A stretch of DNA of 63,045 nucleotides, filler included, from 15 parts of 15 records of this genome joined end to end with filler, not necessarily neighbours in it; one strand, 5' to 3'; positions 36,012-47,235 are shown, numbered from the whole stretch's first letter. Numbers and translations are program-made. Notes: a model not told the origin generated them from the sequence alone.

Positions 36012-36473
36012 AAGAAACAGCCAATTACAATTATGAAACAAATGCTGACATTTGAGAAACAACATCTTACAATAAAGAAATAGATATTTACATTTGAGAA
36101 ACAACATCTTACAGTAAAGAAATAGATACTTGCAGTTGAGAAACAACATCTTACAATGAAGAAATAGATACTTGCACTCGAGAAACAGCATCTTACAATG
36201 AAGAAATGATTGCTGACAGCTGAGAAATAGCCAATTACATTAAAGAAACGAATGCTGACAGTTGAGAAACAACACATTACAATGAAGAAACGGGTATTGG
36301 GAATTGAGAAACAGCCAACTACAATGAAGAAATGGTTGCTGATAATCGAGAAACAGCCAACTGTAATAAAGAAATGAGAGCTAATAGTTTAGAAATAGCC
36401 AACAACAATGAAGAAAGCCCTAACAACAACAAAGAAATGAAGATAAGTATTAAAGAATCAAGAATTGGCAGCT
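36012..36473. repeat. Degenerate tandem array of 22 x 21-bp units with 42-bp higher-order period
   Basis: Units begin AAGAAA or GAGAAA alternately at exact 21-nt spacing, e.g. gagaaacaacatcttacaatg / aagaaatagatacttgcagtt. No indels across the array. Confidence 0.93.
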
Positions 36474-36726
36474 AAGCAATAGGAAATTAAAATAGTATTC
36501 AACTTAATTGATGTCGTGATTTTACAAAGGCTTTCTTAAAATGCAATATACTGAAAACTAGAATAGGTAAAATCTACTAAAAGTAAAATAATGCTAAGCA
36601 AAAACCCTCTAATGATAGCATTTTTAACATTTCTATATCAAAATAATCATTGAAAATTATTAAATTTAGTAAAGCTGTCTGTAAACATTCATCTTCAAAC
36701 CAAACTATCTTTAATTATTCATCAAC

Positions 36727-38403
36727 ATGAAAAAAAACGTTTACGCATTATTCAACCTAATGCTTCTTTTTTGGCTATGTCAACCAATCATTTTTGCTCA
36801 ATCTAAAAAAGCATCGACTGTCAGTACTGAAATTACTTTAATTGATGCCAAGAAATTAGAAAAGCTCCGCAAAGAAATTTTAGAAGAAATAGACAAAAAG
36901 CAAGTCTTTTCTCAGCAAATGGTCGATATGATTTTTAGTTTTGGCGAACTGGGTTTCCAAGAATATGAAACTTCTAATTATATTACCAACATTCTCGAAA
37001 AAGAAGGTTTTACCATTGAAAAAGGTGTTTCAGGTATTCCAACAGCGTGGATTGCTAAATGGGGAAGTGGCAAACCTGTTATCGCTTTAGGGTCTGATAT
37101 TGATTGCATTCCGAAAGCATCACAAAAACCAGGTGTAGCCTACCATGACCCAATTATTGAAGGCGCACCGGGACATGGAGAAGGACATAATTCTGGACAA
37201 GCTCTTAATATTACGGCAGCTTTGGTGATTAAAAAAATCATGGAGCGTGAGAAGATAGCTGGGACACTTGTTCTTTGGCCGGGTGTAGCGGAGGAATTAG
37301 TGGGAACTAAAGCCATTTTTGTGCGTGATGGACATTTTAAAAATATTGATGCTTGCATTTTTACCCATGTTGCCAATAATTTGGGAGTACAATGGGGCGA
37401 TAATGGAGGAAATGGTTTGGTCTCTGTAAAATTCAGCTTTGAAGGAGAAGCCGCTCATGCGGCAGGCGCACCTTGGAGAGGGAAAAGTGCTTTGGATGCC
37501 GTTGAATTAATGAATATTGGCTGGAATTTTAAAAGAGAACATTTGTATCCTTCGCAACGCTCGCATTATGTCATTGTTGATGGTGGCGACCAGCCTAATG
37601 TTGTGCCATCTAAAGCATCTGTTTGGTATTATTTCCGTGAAAGAACCTATCCGAAAATCAAAGAATTGTATGATGCAGGTGTTGCTATTGCAAAAGGGGC
37701 AACGATGATGACGGGAACTACGATGTCTTACGAAGTACTAGGAAGCGCTTGGCCCGGACATTTCAATAAACCCATTGCAGAGAATGTTTTTGAACATATT
37801 AAAAGAGTAGGCTTACCAAAATGGTCGGAAGAAGACCAACTGTTAGCAACTTCATTGCAAGCAGAATTGAAATCGCCAGAGAAAAAGGGCTTAGCTATGA
37901 AAATAGATACAACCATCGAGCCTGTTTTGGTAAGTATGGGTGGAGGTTCAGATGATATCGCCGATATTTCTTGGAATCTTCCAACGGTAGTGTTGCGCTA
38001 TCCTTCTAACATTCCGGGTTTACCGGGGCATCACTGGGCTAATGCTATTTCAATGGCAACACCTATTGCACACAAAGGAGTAACCGCAGGAGCAAAGGTA
38101 GAAGCACTTACTTTATTGGATATGTTGGTGAAACCTGATTTGATTACTAAAGCGTGGGATTATTATAAAAACGAACAAACCAAGGATGTAAAATATGAAT
38201 CGTTGATTTCGCCGACGGATAAGCCCGCTATCAATCTGAATCAGCAAATTATGGCGAAGTTTAGACCAGAAATGAAGAAAGTATATTATGACCCCACTAA
38301 ATATAAAAGCTATATGGAACAATTAGGAATTGCCTATCCAACTGTTCGAAAGATAACTCCAACAGAAGGAAGTACAACTACTGGAAAGAGTGGAGGTAAT
38401 TAA
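36727..38403 (+). CDS. Secreted M20-family amidohydrolase (AbgB/aminobenzoyl-glutamate hydrolase subunit-like)
   Basis: Signal peptide; motifs ELGFQEYETS, GHGEGHN, PGVAEE, GEAAHAAGAPWRGKSALDAVELM, GGDQPNVVP and GGSDD. Confidence 0.9.
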   Translation: MKKNVYALFNLMLLFWLCQPIIFAQSKKASTVSTEITLIDAKKLEKLRKEILEEIDKKQVFSQQMVDMIFSFGELGFQEYETSNYITNILEKEGFTIEKGVSGIPTAWIAKWGSGKPVIALGSDIDCIPKASQKPGVAYHDPIIEGAPGHGEGHNSGQALNITAALVIKKIMEREKIAGTLVLWPGVAEELVGTKAIFVRDGHFKNIDACIFTHVANNLGVQWGDNGGNGLVSVKFSFEGEAAHAAGAPWRGKSALDAVELMNIGWNFKREHLYPSQRSHYVIVDGGDQPNVVPSKASVWYYFRERTYPKIKELYDAGVAIAKGATMMTGTTMSYEVLGSAWPGHFNKPIAENVFEHIKRVGLPKWSEEDQLLATSLQAELKSPEKKGLAMKIDTTIEPVLVSMGGGSDDIADISWNLPTVVLRYPSNIPGLPGHHWANAISMATPIAHKGVTAGAKVEALTLLDMLVKPDLITKAWDYYKNEQTKDVKYESLISPTDKPAINLNQQIMAKFRPEMKKVYYDPTKYKSYMEQLGIAYPTVRKITPTEGSTTTGKSGGN

Positions 38404-38476
38404 AAGCAAAACAAATAGCGTATTATCATCACAAAGAATTTAGATTGCGTAAACAATAGAAATTGCTTGATTCGAT

Positions 38477-38507
38477 AAAAAGACGACTGATATAGTCGTC
38501 TTTTTTT
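38477..38507 (+). terminator. Rho-independent terminator
   Basis: AAAAAGACGACT-loop-AGTCGTCTTTTTTT after the amidohydrolase. Confidence 0.88.
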
Positions 38508-38624
38508 GTGTTTATCAATAATTATTAGAAAATTTAGGGTATGTTTCCGTAATAAACTACTTATACATTCTGATTACTTTTTTTCATTAGAAGAAGCCAA
38601 ACAATCAAGAAAAAATCATAAACA

Positions 38625-39389
38625 ATGTTTTCATTAACTAACAAGTCAGTCGTAATAACAGGTGGAGGTTCGGGAATTGGTCGTGCAATCTCATTATTAT
38701 TTGCTAAACAAGGAGCAGAAGTAAATATTCTTGAACTCAATGAAGCTGCCGCACAAGATACCGTAGCAGAGATTCGTTCAGAAGGAGGCAAAGCCAATGC
38801 TTATGCTTGTAATGTAACCAATCAAGATGCTGTAAAAACAGTATTTGCAACTATTGGTCGTGTAGATATTCTGATTAATAATGCAGGAATTGCTCACGTT
38901 GGTAATCTTGAAAAAACTTCAGAAGAAGATTTTGATAGAATTTTCAGCGTAAATGTTAAAGGCGCTTACAATTGTTTATACACAGCCGTTCCGATGATGA
39001 AAGAAGTAAAAGGAGGCGTTATTTTAAACATGGCTTCGGTAGCTTCATCAGTTGGCATTGCAGACCGTTTTGCCTATTCAATGTCGAAAGGAGCAATTTT
39101 AACCATGACATTATCTATCGCCAAAGATTACTTAAAAGATAACATTCGTTGTAATTGTATTTCACCAGCCAGAGTACATACACCTTTTGTAGATGGCTTT
39201 TTAGCGAAGAATTATCCGAATAATATCGAAGAAATGTTCGAAATACTTTCGGCTTCACAACCAATTGGTAGAATGGCTAAACCAGAAGAAATCGCTTTTC
39301 TAGCATTATATTTATGTTCTGACGAAGCAGGTTTTGTAACAGGTTGTGATTATCCGATTGATGGAGGATTTATTAGATTGAATAACTAA
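38625..39389 (+). CDS. SDR oxidoreductase (2-keto-3-deoxy-L-fuconate dehydrogenase-like)
   Basis: Motifs TGGGSGIG, NNAG and YSMSKGA; ADRFAY motif plus fucose-cluster context. Confidence 0.85.
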   Translation: MFSLTNKSVVITGGGSGIGRAISLLFAKQGAEVNILELNEAAAQDTVAEIRSEGGKANAYACNVTNQDAVKTVFATIGRVDILINNAGIAHVGNLEKTSEEDFDRIFSVNVKGAYNCLYTAVPMMKEVKGGVILNMASVASSVGIADRFAYSMSKGAILTMTLSIAKDYLKDNIRCNCISPARVHTPFVDGFLAKNYPNNIEEMFEILSASQPIGRMAKPEEIAFLALYLCSDEAGFVTGCDYPIDGGFIRLNN

Positions 39390-39405
39390 ATTTTAAACAA
39401 TACTC

Positions 39406-40074
39406 ATGAAAAAACTATTGCTATTATCGGTATTATTCTGGTCGATGACCTCTTTTATTCAACAAGAAAAACCTAAAAAAATCATTTTCTTTGGAGATTC
39501 TATCACGCAAGCAGGCGTACAGCCCAATGGTTATATAACTAAACTGCAAGAAATGATAGACAAAAAAGGAGACAAAGCCAATTATGAATTGATTGGTGCA
39601 GGTATCGGAGGCAATAAAGTTTATGATTTATACTTACGTTTAGAAGATGACGTATTGAGTAAAAAGCCTGATTTAGTAGTAATTTACGTGGGTGTAAACG
39701 ATGTTTGGCATAAAGCAACTTCAGGAACAGGAACAGACCCTGATAAATTTATCAGATTTTATCAAGCATTAATCAATAAGATTCAAGCAAGTGGAGCGAA
39801 ATTGATTTTATGTACTCCAGCAACCATTGGCGAAAAAACTGATTTCAGTAATCAACAGGATGGTGATATGAATCAGTACAGTAATTTTATCAGAAATTTG
39901 GCAACGAAGAATAATCTTCCACTTTGTGATTTAAGAAAAGAATTTCTTGGACACAATTTGAATAATAATCCAGAAAACAAAGATAAAGGCATTTTAACAA
40001 CTGATAGAGTTCATTTAAACGAGCTTGGAAATCAATTTGTTGCCGATAAATTATTCCCTTTAATTACAAAATAA
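39406..40074 (+). CDS. SGNH/GDSL hydrolase with signal peptide
   Basis: Blocks FFGDSIT, GIGGN, GVNDVW and DRVHLN. Confidence 0.92.
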   Translation: MKKLLLLSVLFWSMTSFIQQEKPKKIIFFGDSITQAGVQPNGYITKLQEMIDKKGDKANYELIGAGIGGNKVYDLYLRLEDDVLSKKPDLVVIYVGVNDVWHKATSGTGTDPDKFIRFYQALINKIQASGAKLILCTPATIGEKTDFSNQQDGDMNQYSNFIRNLATKNNLPLCDLRKEFLGHNLNNNPENKDKGILTTDRVHLNELGNQFVADKLFPLITK

Positions 40075-40080
40075 ATTGTT

Positions 40081-40935
40081 ATGAAATTATTTAGATTTGG
40101 AGAAGTAGGTAATGAAAAACCTGGTGTAATCTTAGAAGAGAAATGGTTAGATGTTTCTGCATACATTCAAGATTATAACGAAGCTTTTTTTGAAAATGAT
40201 GGCTTAGATAAACTAAGTTTATTGTTAGTAGAAAAACAAAATGAATTAGAAGAAATTCCAGCAGGAGTACGCATCGCTTCTTGTGTGCCTCGTCCTTCAA
40301 AAATTGTTTGTATTGGTTTGAACTTCGCAGATCACGCTCGTGAAACTGGTGCAGCCATTCCAGCAGAACCAATTATTTTCTTTAAAGCGACAACAGCACT
40401 TTCTGGTCCAAATGATGATATCATCATTCCTAAGAATTCTGTAAAAACTGACTGGGAAGTAGAATTAGCCTTAGTAATTGGCAAAAAAGCACAATATGTT
40501 GAGGAAGCTGATGCCATGAATTATGTAGCAGGATATTGTTTACACAATGACGTTTCTGAAAGAGAATTCCAAATTGAAAGAGGAGGGAACTGGAGTAAAG
40601 GAAAAGGTTGTGATTCATTCGCTCCACTTGGTCCATTCTTGGCAACTACAGAAGAAATTGAAGATGAGAATGATTTAAAAATGTGGTTGAGTGTAAACGG
40701 TAAAACAGTTCAAAACAGTAATACCGACCAATTGATTTTTAAAGTACCAGCATTAGTTTCATACTTGAGTCAATTCATGACTTTATTGCCGGGCGATGTG
40801 ATTTCAACAGGAACTCCTCCGGGAGTAGGTTTAGGATTTAATCCTCCAGTTTTCTTGAAAGAAGGCGATGTTGTTGAACTAGGAATCGAAGGTTTAGGAA
40901 CACAAAAGCAAACCGCTAAAAACTGGAAAGCATAA
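40081..40935 (+). CDS. Fumarylacetoacetate hydrolase family protein (2,4-diketo-3-deoxy-L-fuconate hydrolase-like)
   Basis: Motifs KIVCIGLN, DWEVEL, HNDVSER, KGKGCDSFAPLGP and PGDVISTGTPPGVG. Confidence 0.93.
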   Translation: MKLFRFGEVGNEKPGVILEEKWLDVSAYIQDYNEAFFENDGLDKLSLLLVEKQNELEEIPAGVRIASCVPRPSKIVCIGLNFADHARETGAAIPAEPIIFFKATTALSGPNDDIIIPKNSVKTDWEVELALVIGKKAQYVEEADAMNYVAGYCLHNDVSEREFQIERGGNWSKGKGCDSFAPLGPFLATTEEIEDENDLKMWLSVNGKTVQNSNTDQLIFKVPALVSYLSQFMTLLPGDVISTGTPPGVGLGFNPPVFLKEGDVVELGIEGLGTQKQTAKNWKA

Positions 40936-40960
40936 TTTTTTATTTAAAAATAAGTTATGT

Positions 40961-41060
40961 AGTTTGAAAATTTGAAAATGGAGAGAACACAAAGGAGTTT
41001 CGAGCTTTGTGTTTTATCTTTAGGTAATGTAAAGCTTACCTCTTTTCAAGTTTTCAAACT
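40961..41060. repeat. Nested intergenic inverted repeats (stem-loop)
   Basis: agtttgaaaatttgaaaa (40961-40978) pairs with ttttcaagttttcaaact (41043-41060); inner hairpin aacacaaag...ctttgtgtt. Confidence 0.65.
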
Positions 41061-41090
41061 ATTTTAATTTTTAAATAAAAGACAAATCTT

Positions 41091-41918
41091 ATGACGATAG
41101 ATTCACATCAACATTTTTGGCAGTATGACGCACAAAGACATGATTGGATTTCGGAAGAAATGAAAGTTATTCAACGAGACTTTTTACCAAATGATCTTGC
41201 GCCAATTTTAGCTAAAAATAATATTTCAGGTTGTGTAGCAGTACAAGCAGACCAAACATTGGCTGAAACAGATTTTTTGATTGATTTAGCTAATAAAAAC
41301 GATTTTATCAAAGCAGTAGTGGGTTGGGTAGATTTACGTGCTGACGATGTTGACGATATTTTAGAACAATATGCTGAACATAAAGTGGTAAAAGGGTTTA
41401 GGCATGTCGTTCAGGGTGAGGCAGATACTGAGTTTATGTTGAGACCAAAATTTAAAGCTGGAATTACGGCTTTAGGTGCTTTTGATTTTACTTATGATAT
41501 TCTAATTTATCATTATCAATTAGACCAAGCCATTCAATTAGCCAAATTCTTTCCCAATCAAAAATTTGTGTTAGACCATATTGCCAAGCCAGATATTAAG
41601 TCTGGGGAGTATGCAGAATGGCAAACCAATATCAAGAAATTAGCATTACATCAAAATGTGTATTGCAAATTATCAGGCATGGTTACCGAAGGTGAATGGA
41701 AAGATTGGAAAGTCTCAGATTTTAAAATTTATTTAGATACTGTCGTAAAAGCCTTTGGTACAGAGCGTATCATGTACGGTTCTGATTGGCCAGTTTGTTT
41801 AGTTGCTGCAAAATATGAAGAACAATTAGGGATTGTCAATGAGTATTTTTCTGCTTTTTCTAGTTTAGAAAAGAAAAAGGTCATGGGTGCTAATGCGCTC
41901 AAATTTTATAATATTTAA
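41091..41918 (+). CDS. Amidohydrolase_2 family, L-fuconolactonase-like
   Basis: Motifs IDSHQHFW, VAVQA, VVGWVDL, KGFRH, LDHIAKP, CKLSGMVTE and MYGSDWPVC. Confidence 0.9.
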   Translation: MTIDSHQHFWQYDAQRHDWISEEMKVIQRDFLPNDLAPILAKNNISGCVAVQADQTLAETDFLIDLANKNDFIKAVVGWVDLRADDVDDILEQYAEHKVVKGFRHVVQGEADTEFMLRPKFKAGITALGAFDFTYDILIYHYQLDQAIQLAKFFPNQKFVLDHIAKPDIKSGEYAEWQTNIKKLALHQNVYCKLSGMVTEGEWKDWKVSDFKIYLDTVVKAFGTERIMYGSDWPVCLVAAKYEEQLGIVNEYFSAFSSLEKKKVMGANALKFYNI

Positions 41919-41959
41919 ACCTTACCAGAGCCTCATTAAGCTTTTGGTAAATCTTTAAC

Positions 41960-42742
41960 ATGAACTTAGGACTTAAAGAAAAAGTAATTATCGTTTCGGG
42001 CGGTGCAAAAGGAATTGGCGAAGGCATTTCTGGCGTATTAGCTACTGAAGGAGCTTATGTGGCAATTGTAGGCAGAAATGACGCTGATAATCAAAAAGCA
42101 ATTGAGAAAATTCAGGCAGCGGGCGGACAAGCGTGGTCGTTCGTAGCAGAATTATCACAACCAGAAGAATGTAAAAAGGCCATTGATGAAGTAGTAGCTA
42201 AATTTGGCAGAATTGACGGAATCGTAAATAATGCTGGTGTAAACGATGGCGTAGGTTTAGAAAGCGGAAATTATGAACGTTTTGTAGCATCATTACACAG
42301 TAATTTGATTCACTATTACTTATTGGTGCATCATGCTTTGCCTTATTTGAAAGAATCAAAAGGAGCGATTGTAAACATTGGTTCAAAAACGGCTGAAACA
42401 GGTCAGGGCGGAACTTCTGCTTATGCGGCATCAAACGGTGGAAGAAATGCACTTACTCGTGAATGGGCAGTTGAATTATTACCTTATGGAATTCGTGTAA
42501 ATGCGGTAATTGTAGCTGAATGTTACACGCCATTGTATGATCGTTGGATTAAAACTTTGCCAAACCCAGAAGAAACGCTAGCAAAAATTACAGAGAAAAT
42601 TCCATTAGGAAAACGCATGACTACTTCTGAAGAGATTGCCAATATGGTAGTGTTTTTAATGTCAAAACGTTCAAGCCACACAACTGGACAATTAATTTAT
42701 GTAGATGGAGGTTACACGCATTTGGATAGAGCTTTGTTGTAG
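41960..42742 (+). CDS. SDR oxidoreductase, L-fucose dehydrogenase-like
   Basis: Motifs SGGAKGIG, NNAGVNDGVGLE, NLIHYY, TGQGGTSAY and NALTREWA. Confidence 0.85.
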   Translation: MNLGLKEKVIIVSGGAKGIGEGISGVLATEGAYVAIVGRNDADNQKAIEKIQAAGGQAWSFVAELSQPEECKKAIDEVVAKFGRIDGIVNNAGVNDGVGLESGNYERFVASLHSNLIHYYLLVHHALPYLKESKGAIVNIGSKTAETGQGGTSAYAASNGGRNALTREWAVELLPYGIRVNAVIVAECYTPLYDRWIKTLPNPEETLAKITEKIPLGKRMTTSEEIANMVVFLMSKRSSHTTGQLIYVDGGYTHLDRALL

Positions 42743-43158
42743 GGTTTTAACTTTTCTTGTTGATGATAAACATGAGTAAACCTAAATTTTTCCTCTAAAA
42801 AGAGAAATTTAGATGTTCTTGGATTTGTTCTCGTCCTTACTTTTCTTTCCTTGATGAAANNNNNNNNNNNNNNNNNNNNNNNNNNNNNNNNNNNNNNNNN
42901 NNNTTAATTAATTAANNNNNNNNNNNNNNNNNNNNNNNNNNNNNNNNNNNNNNNNNNNNCGATGATGGTGTATCCTTCTTTGGATCTAAGTCATGAACTG
43001 GCTTGCATACGCATCGCTTTCATTAAAAAGCTAGTTTTCTGGGTGGGACTTTCGGAAGAATCCATTCCGTTCAATTCCCACCCGAGAGTTGCGCGATTCA
43101 CAATCTCCGGGGGGACAAACGCACTAATGACACATCAGAAGGAATGACGGAACACGTA

Positions 43159-43971
43159 CAATGCAGATGTTTTCCCCTTCGACGAAAGCTTCGTAAAATC
43201 TGAAGAATAGTAAGGAAAAGAGTGGGGGGGGAATGAGAATCGGTTCCGTACCTCATTAGAATTTTTCAAGGTAAGTCGCCAATCAAAAAAGGCAAGCGTT
43301 CCCCGAAAGCATTATTTTTCGGGGTTGATGATCTGAAAATCGTTGTCCACAATATTAATAATGCATTATTGTTTTTGTTGAATATTTGGATATAAGACTT
43401 TGATAAGGTTTCCGATAGAAGCCCCAAGCTTGCTGCTGTGACATTAGATGAAGATGATAATGATGATGCGCAGCTTTAGAGTGTCAAAGTGGATGACTGT
43501 CCGAAAGTCGATTGTTCAAATATCGATGAGAAATGAAGTATTATAAATGATCGGATGAAAGTTTGCAGAGAGATCACAGGCCGAAAATTAAAGAGCTCGC
43601 TCATGTGCGAGATGGAGATTAGCAGGATATTCCATTACCGAATAATGTAGGGACTGGTGACAGAAGCAAGAATCCGAATTTCATTCACAGCATCCTCCCT
43701 ATTTCAAGATTGGATAAGAAACATGATTCCAAGCAGATTCAAAGTATGACAGATGATACCTTTCTTTGCGCGACATGCCACGTGTGTCGATCTTTTTCAG
43801 TGCATAACTGCATAGTACAATAGTATTCAATAAAGGATAGACACTCGAGAAATCGTGGGACAGTCCATACATTTCGTTATCAGATTTTCTCCTGACACGA
43901 TGCACAGATCCAAAGCTTCCCTTTCCGAGAAACTTCTCAACCACAAAGTCTTGAAGTCGCGTTTGGCCCAT
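43159..43971 (-). CDS. NIMA-related (NEK) Ser/Thr kinase N-terminus, multi-exon, partial
   Basis: Spliced exons give LGKGSFGSVHRVRRKSDN / YALKKID..MSRKER / EDAVNEIRILASV.SPYIIR / FYEAFVEGENICI. Confidence 0.85.
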
Positions 43972-44472
43972 TCAAGCAAATGCAGTTTTATATTTCAAGT
44001 AGCAGCAAGATTTTCTCGAGAAAATGCGAAATGTGGAGCAACCAAAATCAAATTCAAAACCAGAGAAAGTAAATCTAACGTAAATGCCATTTTAAATTTA
44101 TAAACCCGAAGTTCTCGAATGTTCCGGAATTAAAAAATAACGAAGAAGCAAAACGAAGAGATTTTGTAACTGTTGTAGATCTCGCTTTCTGTTTCTTCTC
44201 TCTTCCACAACACCATCTTGTACAATTCACACAAATATATGTGTATGGAGCGAGCTGGACGTTGTTCGTTTTGTCGTTTTGCTCAAAAGCTGAAAGGAGA
44301 AAGTAAATTCGGAGAGGAGAAAGTTTTTTAGCTTCTCGAAATTCTACAGAAGAGCGGCCGGATTCATTTGCTTTTTGCTTTCTACTCACGAGGATTTCAG
44401 GAAACGCCTCGTTATTCCTCCTCTTAGTGGAGGCCTTAACCCCACTCTTAGAATCATTATTATTCTAAATCC

Positions 44473-45109
44473 ATGGGCGACAGCGACTTTCAAGAAGTCC
44501 GCCGCCGTGCGAAGAAGTTGGCACCCAAGACTTCATCAGGGCCTTTTTCGGGCTTTGCAGCTGGCGAACGGCCCGAACATATCCGAGCTATGTTGGAATA
44601 CTATGTAGAGGAATGCCCTGATGGTGACCGATGCCGGCAAAAGAACAACGGTCCGTGTTTCCCCCCTAGTTTACGCGAGATCGCATTTTCACCTACCAGT
44701 TCAAGTCACTCTCCTTCATTCTCTCTGACCGTTTTGCTCCACCCTCATGAAAGAAAACATATCTCTATTGACTATATCATACTGTACATTGCACGGTTTC
44801 TTCCCCTTTCTTTCACCAGATCGCACTTTGCCGCATCACTGCAAGTCACTTCTGCTCCATTATCTGAGCATTTTACTCAATCCTCATCAATATAAACTAT
44901 CTCTATTGACTATAGCTTGCTGGAAATACCACGAAAGAAGGGATCGTCGAAGAAAACCGTTCGATGAGAATGGTACATTGCTCTATTCCGCGGTGTTATG
45001 TCCATCATGGAAGCAACCTGACTCATGTCGTGCACTGGACCGATGCAAAATGTGTCATGGCTTCCTCGAGCTGACATTCCATCCAAATAAATATAAAACC
45101 AAGCAATGT
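44473..45109 (+). CDS. Unkempt-like tandem CCCH zinc-finger protein N-terminus (multi-exon, partial)
   Basis: CWKYHERRDRRRKP...YSAVLCP...C...DRCKMCHG.LE..FHPNKYKTKQC matches the Unkempt CCCH pattern. Confidence 0.75.
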
Positions 45110-46024
45110 GTACGCAAGGTATTGTCTTTTTTTCTCTGTGCTTTCAACCTCTCGTTTCTCATTGATGAGCACAAGAACTCGACGGACTATTTTGAGTCTC
45201 CACAGCATTGCATCTAATCGAGGACTATCCTTCCCCCTCTCATCGAGATTTCTTTGAAGAGCAACGACGATCTGAACATCTCCATCTCCTACCATATTTT
45301 CACAAAAATATCATTTGTTCTCACGATCACTGCAAATAGAATCTTATCTTATTCTATGTTTAAGTAATATATCCTTTGGCGTGAAGAAATGAAAGATCTT
45401 CCAAAGACATATTGTCATCACTGAACGATGTCCAGCTCTTTCGGCAATCAACGATCTATGCGCTCGAAGAATTCAACTGCATTTTCGCATTCTAATTCGA
45501 TATTCACTTAATTTGACAGAAAAAAAATGTTGCTTTCGGGCTGATTTCCGTTTCAATCCTCCCCCCCATCCCATCCCATGTTTTCCCCCCTATCTTACAG
45601 ACATGCAGCGGAAATGAAACGTGTCAATTTGTTCACAGTACAGAAAATGTGAGAGATAATGCTCTCACGAAGCATTATGAAATGCCCATCGACAGCAACG
45701 AGGTAAGCGGTTTGAGATTTGTGACTTCTCGAGGATCTTGCACAACGACCATTCCCTCACTCTCTGCTCTACTGATGCAAATGATTTTGGTAGTTTCTAT
45801 TTTATGTTGCACGACTTCCATTCCCTAACTCTCTCCATTAGACCCTTGTATTGTTGAAATAGCTTCGCAATAGATTCTGCAATGATATTGGTATTANNNN
45901 NNNNNNNNNNNNNNNNNNNNNNNNNNNNNNNNNNNNNNNNTTAATTAATTAANNNNNNNNNNNNNNNNNNNNNNNNNNNNNNNNNNNNNNNNNNNNAACG
46001 ATCTTCTGATCTTCTTCTGTTCAG

Positions 46025-46249
46025 GTTGTGGATTCTTCTTGCGAGTTTGTGACCGTTGAGCTGGGCGGTTTCCAGACTCGCGGCATGACCGTTGTGGACT
46101 GGGCCGAGCGCACGTCACGTCGGGAACGCGGCAACGTGCACATCATCACAAAGATCGACATGGATGAGTACAAGCGACGCATGTTTGCCTGTGTCCGCCC
46201 CGAGAAGGTCACCCCTGGCAGCAAGCCCTCTGCATCCAAGGCCGCGTAA
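46025..46249 (+). CDS. Last exon of an inosine-uridine-preferring nucleoside hydrolase
   Basis: VTVELGGFQTRGMTVVDW...NVHIITKIDM is the IUNH C-terminal motif; preceded by a CAG acceptor. Confidence 0.75.
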   Translation, partial: VVDSSCEFVTVELGGFQTRGMTVVDWAERTSRRERGNVHIITKIDMDEYKRRMFACVRPEKVTPGSKPSASKAA

Positions 46250-47235
46250 TCTCGATTCAATCTAGACGCTCATATGTACGCTCGCCTGGACGATCAGTGC
46301 GTACTGTGCGTGCAACGAGCCCGATCAGTCTCAAGCTTAATTCATTCTCCCCCTGGATGATCGATCGAACGAACGAAAGAACGAACGGGAAACTAATGGA
46401 CATTTCCAGAATACGAGATATAGATTGATAGATTGACAAAGGAATTGCGAGAGCGATTTTGTGTACGATATTTTTTGTATGTCGGTCTCTTTACCTTTTT
46501 TTGACTGATATTTTTCTCTCCATTCGTATTCCCAAATAGGTCCGCTCCGAGCGAAGCCTCACTGTATTAATCGTTTTATCCATTTATATTCATTCTATGT
46601 TTTTTCGGGATTCTCCGAGTTCCGAACGTACAAACATATTTGAACACCCATCGGTGTAATGATCTGATTTGTGGGGGCAGGAATGCTTTATTTATTTTGA
46701 CCTTGCTCCTCACTATCCATTATCATTCATCGATATATGTTGTGTTTGAACCCATTTCTGACCGAATTAAATGTCCTTTCCTTTCTTCCTGAAGCTCGTC
46801 CTGTGATGTCTTGGATGTCTGGGATGTCTGATTTTTTGATTGGCTATGGCGATACCTGATGATACGATAGGACCCATATTCAAGAAGAATTCCGAGTAAG
46901 GAGAAGTATCCAATCTCTGTTGATCGAAAAGGAAAAGAACTACTGGGCGCTGGCATACGGATGCGGCATGATGCGATGATGCACAATAAACGAGTGGTGT
47001 AATAAAAAATTTTCCCGTCCAGGCACCGAATTAAGAAGAGCTACATCAACAGAATTGATTTGGTCAATATATCAGCGAACCAGCGAGAGAGGCAAAAATA
47101 AGCCGCAGATGGGGCGGCGCCATAGATTGCTCTCGAAATTTTGTATTTACTCCTGAGAAAAAACTTTCTCCTGATAGCCAGAACGCGCAAGAAATTCTCA
47201 TGAATTTACTCTTATAAGATCAATATATCTTCAAA

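Noticed and set aside
35996..36277. Cys/Phe-rich minus-strand ORFs (93 aa and 61 aa)
   Set aside because: By-products of the repeat; differences between units are non-synonymous, and the start lies mid-array.
36012..36473. CRISPR array interpretation of the 21/42-bp repeat
   Set aside because: The variable parts are only ~14 nt and related to one another, the repeats are degenerate and non-palindromic, and no cas genes are present.
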